The translations under genes were made by a program, and so were the position numbers. This document shows positions 58,601-64,000 of a DNA stretch of 64,000 bases, piece by piece. Below the pieces are notes generated by a model. The model was not told where the DNA came from, did no database searches, and saw only the letters and a program-made list of their open reading frames with translations. The DNA lies in the IMG/VR virus record IMGVR_UViG_3300023174_004605, positions 31,737-95,736 of that record, one strand, 5' to 3'. Each line of letters opens with the position of its first letter. The first letter of the stretch is position 1. Source of the DNA: a virus.

Positions 58601-60999
58601 ACCACAGTGTTGTTTAATAATGCACTGCCATCAGCGGCCGGAGTCAAATTGATTATTGGCTCGGCGATCAAGGGCGGTACAGTGTCAGGCGTGATAAATT
58701 CTACAGTGTAGATGTTGTTTCGGACCTCAGGATTTGAGTCGTTGGCAAATATTACCCGGGTGCCTGTGATAAAATTGTATCCGTCGACACCATAACCGGT
58801 GCTTCCGTTGATTGTGCTCAGTGCATCTGTGGCAACAAAATCAATGATATCAACCGGTTGTTTGCTGGCTGTTCCAAAATCATACAATCTAGTGCCTGCT
58901 CTAAATTCAAGTATGGGTCTGCGACCCCGGGCGAGATTGTCTACCACAGGCACTGTGTTGTTGTATTTGGCCGACTGTTCGATGACACTGACATGGAACC
59001 AGCGATTGCTACGACTCCAGGCATTGAGATCTGGACTGGATCGACTTATAGTGATATAGTCAGGTATCAACGGCTGATTAAGACTGGCGTCATAATTGCC
59101 CACATCGTAGGCCGTTGAATCGTAAGGCACCGAAGCACTTTGTGTATAGGTCTCTGGGGTTACAAAACTTGAAACCGGCAACAGTTGTATAGACGTTCCT
59201 ACCCCTTCAACATAGTATTCTTTGTTTTTATAACTTGTAGGTGTTACTTGACCCAAGAACTGCACTTTGAGTCCGTTGGTAAAAACTACACCATTGGGAC
59301 TAGTATAGTATTTTTGTCCTATAATGTCGGCAATATCTAATGTGTTGGCTTGATCAGCATCGATGATCTTGATACGACCAAAAATTTCTGGATCTGTTCC
59401 GTCTTGATAGAACAGCAGATTTCTAGTAGCAGTCAACAAAGGTATCTGATCAAATGCGCCGTCGGCGTCCTTGTACCAACCAGTATTGCTCCATTGAGAA
59501 CCAAATTGTATAACAAACTTGTAGAGATCGGGAATCTCATACACACTGGTAAGTTGCATGTATTGTCCGCCGCCTACGGCAGTCACATACTGTATCTGCC
59601 ACACACTGCGCTGTATGGCCACATCAACTATAGGGGTGGTCTGATCAAATGATATGCTATCAAAACTGCCAGGTAAACCATTATCGGTAGAGAGCTCAGG
59701 CAATGGATCATACTGGCTGTTGATCAACCATCCACCGGTTGCAGGATCGGTTTCAGGTTCAGTGAACACTATGGTACGACCATTGAGGTTTGTTATGCCA
59801 TCTATGCCCTGAGGAAACTGTGCCAGGAATTGATCAACAAAAATATTGTTGAGTTGATTGAATTTTACATCTGTGGCCAACAGATCCACAGAACCATTGT
59901 TAAAGGCTATGGGCGTCAATGCATAGTAAAAATCTTGTGCGGTGCTCAACGGCACATCAAAGGTTATGGTTCCAAGATCTTCGCCATTGTTGATCACTCC
60001 GTTGACTTCACTGAGTCGGCTGCTGATATTTGGAGTGCTGGGTATGCGTCCATTGACTCCGGGGTCAGTCTGTATCCAAAAGCCTGGGCCTGTGCCAGGG
60101 GTGGCATCCACAATGTTGATCACCCCTTGCATGTTTGGTTGTGTGGAGTTGTTGTAATACAATGTATCTGGCGCATTCTGTGGAACCACAAATGTTATTG
60201 TGCCATTGCTGGCTCCATTGTTGGTTACTCCTTGGGTGAACAGATTGTTGATGCCCAAAGTCTGTTGTGTTTTGATATAAAATCCCAACGGTGCTGTGGG
60301 AACAATAGTAAAAATATATGTGTTGCCACGCACCAAGGTCAAGGTAGGATTTGTGACATAGTCAATAACCCAGGCACTGGTGCCTTGATTGCTCACACGG
60401 AAATTAACTGTTTCTTTGGCGTTTTGCGCTACTTCAAAGGTATAACTTCCACTACGAACCAAGGTCAAGGAAGGATTGTTGCCAGCCACTCCAGAAAATG
60501 TGTACACTCCATTTTCTCTAGTGACCACAAAATTGTCAGTCAGTGGCACTGAGCCACTGAACACATCCACTACCTCAGGACCGGCCGGCAACCAATAATA
60601 CTGGCTGTAGTTGATAAATTTGTCAAAATCTACAAAGGGATCCCAGGCATAGTATTCGCTGGTGTAAAGACGATCGGCCTGGTTGGTTATGGCTCCTTGC
60701 AGATTCAATGCATCAGTGATGCCAGGATAGGTTATGGCGTCTTGTATTTTGTTGGACTGATCCGGGTTCCTTACAATCACTCCAGGTTCAAGTTGATAAT
60801 TTACACGGGTGTCCGTTTGTTCGGCCACATATTTGTCATTAGGATTGACTCCGGGTCCTACTCGTCTGCCCACATAACCTTGTATGCGCTTGAATTTGGG
60901 TTCTTGGACCAGCTGATCCAGCGTAGCCGACAAGACCTGGCGATTGGTACTGGTTTGGAAAATTTCTGGTAGGAAATCTACTGATCTGGTGCGGGCCAT
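46684..60999 (-). CDS. Giant virion structural protein (4771 aa; baseplate wedge/tail-associated)
   Basis: Uninterrupted 14.3-kb ORF; FG-GAP-like repeats, GDGxT repeats, CBM-like W/Y modules; follows a gp6-like gene. Confidence 0.8.
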   Translation of the reverse strand: MARTRSVDFLPEIFQTSTNRQVLSATLDQLVQEPKFKRIQGYVGRRVGPGVNPNDKYVAEQTDTRVNYQLEPGVIVRNPDQSNKIQDAITYPGITDALNLQGAITNQADRLYTSEYYAWDPFVDFDKFINYSQYYWLPAGPEVVDVFSGSVPLTDNFVVTRENGVYTFSGVAGNNPSLTLVRSGSYTFEVAQNAKETVNFRVSNQGTSAWVIDYVTNPTLTLVRGNTYIFTIVPTAPLGFYIKTQQTLGINNLFTQGVTNNGASNGTITFVVPQNAPDTLYYNNSTQPNMQGVINIVDATPGTGPGFWIQTDPGVNGRIPSTPNISSRLSEVNGVINNGEDLGTITFDVPLSTAQDFYYALTPIAFNNGSVDLLATDVKFNQLNNIFVDQFLAQFPQGIDGITNLNGRTIVFTEPETDPATGGWLINSQYDPLPELSTDNGLPGSFDSISFDQTTPIVDVAIQRSVWQIQYVTAVGGGQYMQLTSVYEIPDLYKFVIQFGSQWSNTGWYKDADGAFDQIPLLTATRNLLFYQDGTDPEIFGRIKIIDADQANTLDIADIIGQKYYTSPNGVVFTNGLKVQFLGQVTPTSYKNKEYYVEGVGTSIQLLPVSSFVTPETYTQSASVPYDSTAYDVGNYDASLNQPLIPDYITISRSSPDLNAWSRSNRWFHVSVIEQSAKYNNTVPVVDNLARGRRPILEFRAGTRLYDFGTASKQPVDIIDFVATDALSTINGSTGYGVDGYNFITGTRVIFANDSNPEVRNNIYTVEFITPDTVPPLIAEPIINLTPAADGSALLNNTVVVLSGLTQQGKSFWFDGVDWIPAQQKTAVNQPPLFDVYDQDGFSFSNKIKYPSSNFEGSKLFSYAQASGGNDPVLGFPLRYLSLTNIGDIVFDNNLYTDTFIYTKDSVSYTKSVSDGFVRQYSNRVDYQRELGWQTAAVPSRSRQQFQFSYDGRPLQLDVAVLPDDVVPSVQLYVGSQFQEPYKYTVTTTADSTTITFLQTTYNDRAAFADGDLIEVNVLSDQASKVAFYQVPINLENNPLNVNSPYFTLGTARTHYESICQNLLDLVGPINGNNNSRDLGDIIPYGTSIIQNSSPMTLAGYFMRSAQYNIFNSLAYNGREYEQYKTQFLNAAVTNDYTNYTIPDMVTAIVTGLVAGRTQLSPFYWTDMLPANAVYTEQTVTYSPISTPVFNLNTTYNFTSSNYQSVLVYVNDVILQAGYDYVVSTDGPTLTVTIPLSVGDVIVIQEYATTYGTFVPNTPTKLGLYPAFRPRIYLDATYTNPTLIIQGHDGSKTVAFGDFRDQLLLEFETRIFNNLKIKSPIPLSIVDVVPGQFRTTDYSLSEVNQILAPSFLSWVGWNKLAYTAQDYNPANQFTWNYSACGNRISSSSASTETPLPVGAWRGIYQYFYDTPTPHTTPWEMLGFSEKPTWWEDQYGPAPYTSGNLVLWDDLSVGRVADPAGEYFKPRYARPGLQQVIPVDSEGQLLSPFYSVVGLYDSSQFQKSWVFGDEGPVEYSWRSSSSYPFAVMRLLALTRPAEFFSLFADRDLYKYDADLGQYLYNQRYRLDANGVEVYGNGTSKASYIDWIIDYNQQLGQDSTVKLTEDLSLLDVRLCYRMGAFTDKQYLKIFTERSSPESLNSSLLLPDESYNLLVYKNQPFDRVVYSSVIVQVVEDGWAVFGYSITNPYFEILASRTAGPTKIISAGGTTVQVPSTYYQDVVQIPYGYVFTNPTVVCDFLLSYGALLESQGIVFDDRENGYALNWDQMAQEFLYWTNQGWAVGSVINLNPTATSLTAVKAEAVIDSIVAQTPENLILDQNRTTIPTRDLVVDRFENIFKVNSLSAQTISYIDLRYTSYESMVVLDNVSIFNDLIYDPATGARQSRVNVIATVSADWNGQLDAQGFIYNNDATVQQWQPYKKYTKGEIVLYKNSYYSALNIVQPAAEFRRSDWTQSDYTKIQRGMLQNIANQADQLATTYAVNQANLEIEQDLFAYGLIGFRPRQYMTDLNLDDVSQVNVYQQFIKDKGTIQSVRLLANADLNKEVAQYQIFENWAILRGLYGATANRRFIEMRLNEAQLQSNPSTVQIIAPQQTSIADQSILYQNLWRESYNVTSPVIFPTTTVQVTDTALPSAGYVNLDDVDVTVFSLEGQLGLAPGVLDTIGIGTTVWAAKSNRYDWNVYRSDAVPGFIESAVSNLNGTAIIQFTQGIELTVDDIVVIRYFDPAVDGIYRVLSVPNPRSIVIALDIAGSIAGVGIAFRFQTVRVPQASDVLNLPYANDLIPGARVWVDNNGAGLWEVIEKTNPFKSGLILTPVEPVESQSDYGTSISQGSQNIMALVGAPSYNGGTGGLFPYLRDTENLYAQSPIILLGATGTQGYGNDLQIGHQNWAIAGASASNSNQGYAVTIFRDSASSAFQQTQLLRSPDGDFTGAEFGYAVTISADERWMYVAAPGKNKVYAYGRVDQPTQMVEFTTTGIFEVYNLAGLIEFNNSDQLAVVLNNQLLTQGVDYAVAGTTVTLASTPPADNRLIITRKIEQDFTGDGSTTVYALQSNLYTVTNIYSFSVYVNDVIQRPLLDYTLSGSDLVFTVAPDSGDLIKILARTYWQFIDTVSVAGLDPTARFGSRIKTTTDGRQVIIGASNDSADIDHPRAGATYVFDRSVQRFIVDNTAQTNYTLPVGFQEPVAVLLNNQYLTNSAQYINGEFSVSGNQVILNVTTSVGDILELESNIFTQVQKITANAPFDESQFGATVDVCPNNCSIYTGAPVDGTVLVGAGSVQRNVNQARVYGTITSTTVNPTLTFGDTIHINNMPVAVPNSPNNTVEGLAAAIVAEGIPNVTATASDGRLTISVVNVEAADEFNRLTVLPGTTGTAYADLGLELFAYTQTITSPNPVANANFGAAVNIDSSASTLVVGAPGGNLYQPETFDNGTTYFDDRSTTFFNPVLQSGVVYTYDYLPSSTDTVTNPGKFVFGQQVFDTLIRPLDLWGTAVNYTNGKLLIGSPGYDLGDSTGDYGRVSEFNNANREPAWKVLRQQRPVVDVRLLNSVYMFNKLESTETYFFDFFDPLQGKILGAAKQNIDFIGAIDPAQYNFGPVNNYGNFWAGDRVGEIWWNTDSVRFIDPNQDDIVYASRRWGQVFPGSRVEIYQWTASSVPPASYTGPGIPFDTVSYTIKTNLTNVGTFETVYYFWVTGLTTIDTNAGKTLSTTGIARYIEDPRSSGIPYLAALDASTVAIYNGLQYLSAFDTILHIDFEQELSDANVHSEYQLIAQDKPESFLSANLYRKLQDSFCGYDTSGAQVPDPFLSPPERYGVQFVPRQSMFVNRFLALQNYLTRANEILKYLPIIELRRFTLLNSREPVPAPSEQVYNKIVNNIEELGYQNLYAVPLGYNYLVLSDSANNGAWTIYTVVLESAAIDAPRTTQLSRVQTYDTRNYWQHIDWYQLGYNPNTVPVAEVPNYASLASLTTVAVGSSVKVTANAQNKFEIYVRTVTGWDRVALQDGTIEFKAELWDYALGRFGFDVEVFDATYYDQEPVTETRRIIQAINQELFIDDLAIYRNRLLTLMFEYILTEESAPDWLNKTSLIDVRHDIRELLPFQIYRQDNQTFVLDYLQEVKPYHVQVKQFNLAYNGQDIYPGAVTDFDNPSYYNTALEIPQYVSPILLPYTKSTAKGTGTASDIADTPADAEIWNISPWSEWFNNYLLSVESVRIVNSGQNYSSEPDVTIGTPWEASTLYAQGQQIFYFGNLYLVAQSGTSGVAAPRFISGSQENGTTVLTYVGKSASGVAVINSAGRVIAVEIIEPGSGYNSTVSITLTGGGGTGANAIAVMGNNLVRNMNMVIKYDRYEYKSTITDWSYLVASYPAGTQVRYTDRVWQATATISNPPVSVAASGQAGSFTMTVPSNLPLVNGTIVVGVGIPLGTLVTEYNPAGTSVTLSQALLVSFGPATVTFYDSFILEDWTEVEASSLSGVNRTQGFYLPGANMPGRNLPLLIDGLDYPGVQVYGLGFEFNTGYDVGNYDINPFDNLTISPEGFPTYDLGLLDAFYSSSYTDEFLGTRPTDINVDGGGYIDVFSSYAPEELVPGSEFDTLDFRVYTTPGSDYNGAGHGFPANSIRYVYDPANPVLSFANVLPNPFTVVAFNATKGISIEPSSYDWVNYTLTAGATEDAGDVLVIYVTGVGGGNQLYLNTYLGNLIGDTITVPFSISLISEFLIYNGEIRLEPDVDYTYAASGTQSTTVSFTATYGSTDRINLAVFGYANVGPTHSWCLPVFQPNITADGSISYPVTYAGPGTNQVNLVITVNGLRSRPYSGVRATGDGTTLTFELPNNNGYNPAVMSDNDVLVYVDNVKLVLGDQFVVDPWDGSSLYRTITFTTAPEPGAQILLSVSTNADYRITGPGADTITFEAGYVPNPGDIITLTTWNDTSEQGLVTQVFVGPSINNNNTFDLGRLIANPERLLVSLDGSWLFNGIDFTTQGSEITLSGPTIGASAVLAVTSFTNSVVPPPIAFRIFQDMRGVQATYRITPSTTTILAQPLSATDNVIYVDDASVLPEPGLAAQFNINFVYNSGDVVIYNGGFYVALSMTVGNLPTNPTYWSVTSGAFAANTWGVVMIDGERILYRDRDTVNNTISSLLRGTAGTAITSHELDALVYDMGRGNLMPASCQNYIVSNITNPLVPGENQGDGITTTFVAQDIDISQEDSTVRDESVEVYVGGERVQTGYTITNPSPVTVVFDTAPPQGVEVLILVRRAHTWYNLATPDRPLSETDTQCARFLRGQ

Positions 61000-63900
61000 T
61001 AAATCACTCCACTGCCCGGAGCAGTTCTGATATTGGTGCTGGTCAAGGCCTCGATCACTTCAACATTGGCCACAGTGGCCGCATTGACAAAGATCTGATT
61101 TGGTGCACAACGTATTTCATAAAGATCGCCAAAATATTTTTCTGGATTTAGCGGCACTAATACCACACTGCTGATAATGCCGGCCATGTTGTCATGCAAG
61201 TAGGCCGACAGTTCTGAAAAATAAAAAGTGTCTCCAAAATCCCAAATATCCAAACTAAAATAGTTGTTGAGATTTTGCACTACAAGATTTTTTATTTCGC
61301 TGGTGGTGGCAACACTGTTAACAGCCCTGATTACCTTGATAGTGGCACGCAGTGGTTCGGGCGCCTTGGCACCAAACAAGGGTTGAAATTCCACACTGTT
61401 CATGATCAAGGTATCTGAAATCATTTTGTAATCTTGCAAGCCACCATAGGTAGTAGTGAGATAATCAATGGTAGGCACTTCGGGTTCTGGCACAGTGCCG
61501 GTGGTGTCTGTGATATAATTTTGATAAGCAATGTAATATTCATTGGTAACCACATATACATCGATAATATTGGTAGTGCCAGGATCTATCCTGTTGTTTA
61601 ATGGACTGTTGTGTCGGTATTGGAAAAACAGACTTTGGCGCCCGGTGCGTGCAATATAGTCATTGGTCTGTTGCAGAGTTCTAACACCTGTGATTAGATC
61701 TATGAACAGGATGTAAAACAATGCTGTTTCGTAGGCATAGAAAACTTGACCAGCTGCAAACTCGCCCTTGACCAATTCGATATCGTCCAAGGTAGCATAC
61801 AAGCTATTGACCAGCCCAGGTTCCATCAACACGTATCTCTGTAGATTATCAAAATCCACTATGCGTTGCAAGAACACCCAGGGACTGTTGATCGTGGCTG
61901 GATCTGGCACCGGTCCTACTATTTCTTCAAAAAAGTCTGGATTGTCCGGCACACCATCGTTGTCTCGATCTGCATAGCTGACCAACACTTGATAATCATC
62001 CACAACGCCATCACTCTGTATGGGTTGATCTATGATTTTTGTGATCACGTCTGAACCCAAGGGCAAGGACGAGTCAGGTCTGCTGTTAGTTTTGAGTATG
62101 TTGACAAAATCACTGATAGTGGTTCCGGTCCTGCTGTCATAGACCTGTTGATCGGTAGAGAAGAAAAATCTTGTTTGGACCACGCTGCCAAAATAGTAAT
62201 CAAGAGCACGAAAACTGGTTGTGTAAAAACTGCCATTGAACACAAATTCCACAAACCAGGATGAGTCCAAATTGGCACCCGAGGTGTCTCCGGCATGTGC
62301 TTGGCTCCATGGCGCATCAATGTCTAAATTTGTGCTAGTAATCAAATACCAAGTGCCTGATGTGCCGGTTATGGTTCCTAAGTTGTCAAATCCTATGCCA
62401 AAATTTCTTCTTAGTCTGATCTGCTCAGCCATGCTGGTTTCAAAACTCACAGGAAGATCTGTGACAAAGATAGGTATTACTTGGGTGGCTATTGCACCAG
62501 TTGGCACATAGTTGTTGATGGCCACTGGTCCTAACCCATCTATAACTTGAGTTCCTTCAAGATATACCTGTAAGGGGCTGGCCCAGATAACTAATTTTTC
62601 GTCGGCTCTGGTGGGTGTGCCTGCACGCAATCGGTTGTTGACATCGAAGTAATAACCCACAGGCGGCACAAATTTGACTAGACTTCCCGGAACGATATAC
62701 CGTGTGTTGTTACTGGTTGTAGGACCTATAGGCACAGCATTGCCTAGGCTGTTTTTAAAATAACCTGTGCTGGTGTTGGCCAATGTTGTATTGAGGTTCC
62801 AGGTCAGATTCAATGACGTCAAACTGGAACGAGGAAACTTTGCATAATAAAACTGTTTTGATTGGCTACGGGCCAACGCAGGTTGCACCTGGTTCACAAT
62901 CACATTGTCAATTTCGTTATTAGTAACGGTGGTAAACTGAAATGTGGGCAAACTAAAATTTTCATACAAGGCTCCGTCACTGCTGAAAGTGTTAGTGCTG
63001 CTGTATTTGCCGGTGTTGTCTACCAGATCTAAATATCTGCTGATTCCAATGCTGGCTCGATTCACTGCTTTGCTTTTTAATATAGAATTGTACGCAGTGT
63101 AAGGAAAATTGTTGTAGTCTTCACCATTGACCATGCGATTCTGTGTGTAGTATCTGGCTGGTGCCCGAGCCTTGATCTCATCTATGGTTTCTCTGGGTTG
63201 TGCGTTGCTGACCGGTGTGGTGATACCACAAGTAAAGGTAATGGTTTCTAATTGACCAGTGCGACTCACATAGCTGATAGGAATGGCTACTCCTTGCATT
63301 TCTTCAGGATTGATGATATATTGTAGGCCGTTGCTGGCACGGACATAACAACGGAAAGTGCCCACCGGTATGGCACTGAACACACCATCACCAAAGTTCA
63401 GGGTGATCTGATCATTGGTTCTGCTGGTGGTGCTGAAAAGTTTTCTTTGCCCAGGAGCAATTTGCTCGGCAGCGGCGCCATATACACTGGGCACAAATTC
63501 CCATTCGCTGGCTATGCTACCAACATTGTCCAGCTGATACAGCCAACGGTCTTCGTTGTTGACTCCTTCGATATTGATGTCAACTGCACGATTGCTCACA
63601 CGATCTGCAAGATTGAAGTCTTGATTCTGCAGAACACCTTGTTTGAACAAAAAGAAGTATCCGGTGTTGGCACTGGCAAACCCCAGTTGATCATTGCGGA
63701 ACAAGACGTTGAATATGCCATTGGGTCTGGGACTAGGTTCATACACAAAACTCTTACCCACGGTGCTGGCAGTGACTGCTTCAAAAGGCATGTTGATACC
63801 ATCCACTGTGGCTGTATACGGAACTACTGGCAAATAACCAGGAACTAGATTGATGCTGTATTCGGCGGTGTCTATTCCTAGAATAGTGGTGCGTGATCCA

Positions 63901-64000
63901 GGAACACCGATGCGTTGTGCATCAATCAAAGACGCATTGATGATGGCCGTGAACTGCTCTTGCCAGCTAAAGTTGGTGGGATCTGCCCAGTTGACTGTGA
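60999..64000 (-). CDS. Baseplate wedge protein, T4 gp6-like (5' partial)
   Basis: ITLNFGDGVF and ETIDEIKARAPARYYTQNRMVNGEDY motifs; frame is open to the window end. Confidence 0.8.
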   Translation of the reverse strand, partial: TVNWADPTNFSWQEQFTAIINASLIDAQRIGVPGSRTTILGIDTAEYSINLVPGYLPVVPYTATVDGINMPFEAVTASTVGKSFVYEPSPRPNGIFNVLFRNDQLGFASANTGYFFLFKQGVLQNQDFNLADRVSNRAVDINIEGVNNEDRWLYQLDNVGSIASEWEFVPSVYGAAAEQIAPGQRKLFSTTSRTNDQITLNFGDGVFSAIPVGTFRCYVRASNGLQYIINPEEMQGVAIPISYVSRTGQLETITFTCGITTPVSNAQPRETIDEIKARAPARYYTQNRMVNGEDYNNFPYTAYNSILKSKAVNRASIGISRYLDLVDNTGKYSSTNTFSSDGALYENFSLPTFQFTTVTNNEIDNVIVNQVQPALARSQSKQFYYAKFPRSSLTSLNLTWNLNTTLANTSTGYFKNSLGNAVPIGPTTSNNTRYIVPGSLVKFVPPVGYYFDVNNRLRAGTPTRADEKLVIWASPLQVYLEGTQVIDGLGPVAINNYVPTGAIATQVIPIFVTDLPVSFETSMAEQIRLRRNFGIGFDNLGTITGTSGTWYLITSTNLDIDAPWSQAHAGDTSGANLDSSWFVEFVFNGSFYTTSFRALDYYFGSVVQTRFFFSTDQQVYDSRTGTTISDFVNILKTNSRPDSSLPLGSDVITKIIDQPIQSDGVVDDYQVLVSYADRDNDGVPDNPDFFEEIVGPVPDPATINSPWVFLQRIVDFDNLQRYVLMEPGLVNSLYATLDDIELVKGEFAAGQVFYAYETALFYILFIDLITGVRTLQQTNDYIARTGRQSLFFQYRHNSPLNNRIDPGTTNIIDVYVVTNEYYIAYQNYITDTTGTVPEPEVPTIDYLTTTYGGLQDYKMISDTLIMNSVEFQPLFGAKAPEPLRATIKVIRAVNSVATTSEIKNLVVQNLNNYFSLDIWDFGDTFYFSELSAYLHDNMAGIISSVVLVPLNPEKYFGDLYEIRCAPNQIFVNAATVANVEVIEALTSTNIRTAPGSGVI

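Noticed and set aside
46765-63848. Many short + strand ORFs, including 59830..60552 (240 aa)
   Set aside because: All are antisense to the giant structural genes and lack RBS or recognisable motifs.
1-64000. Integrase, transposase, intron, intein, reverse transcriptase/DGR or CRISPR array
   Set aside because: No such motifs or long repeats were seen by manual reading; weak or diverged repeats could have been missed.

Overview
A 64-kb segment of a large tailed bacteriophage genome: dense, short, translationally coupled ORFs, sigma70-type promoters, TATAAATA-type late promoters, ThyX and baseplate/tail genes, in the standard genetic code. A Bug/TctC protein, a TorF-type porin, an RpoZ homolog and a tmRNA tag ending in NDEVFALAA suggest a (beta)proteobacterial host (inference). 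Layout: (1) 1-7.8 kb is a translation/transcription module with 7 tRNAs (three structurally unusual), a circularly permuted tmRNA, a porin and RNAP omega. (2) 7.8-13.4 kb is a TauE / flavin-halogenase-like / TctC / PP-loop / 2OG-oxygenase module. (3) 13.4-20.4 kb holds a MoxR ATPase and its vWA partner flanking an array of small paralogous proteins, followed by ThyX. (4) 20.4-43.5 kb is a 23-kb modification cluster: nucleotidyltransferase, epimerase, DegT aminotransferase, amidinotransferase, carbamoyltransferase, seven twitch-type radical SAM enzymes and glycosyltransferase-like genes. (5) 43.5-64 kb contains minus-strand virion genes, including a 4771-aa protein. The top finding is at 4589-4785: a perfect sigma70 promoter drives a leaderless 33-codon peptide that uses 19 of 20 amino acids with almost no codon repeated. 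It ends inside an antiterminator that is mutually exclusive with an intrinsic terminator in front of the tRNA array. This looks like a general tRNA-pool-sensing attenuator that switches on phage tRNAs when translation stalls at any codon. All calls come from manual reading of motifs and base-pairing; no database search or folding program was run.
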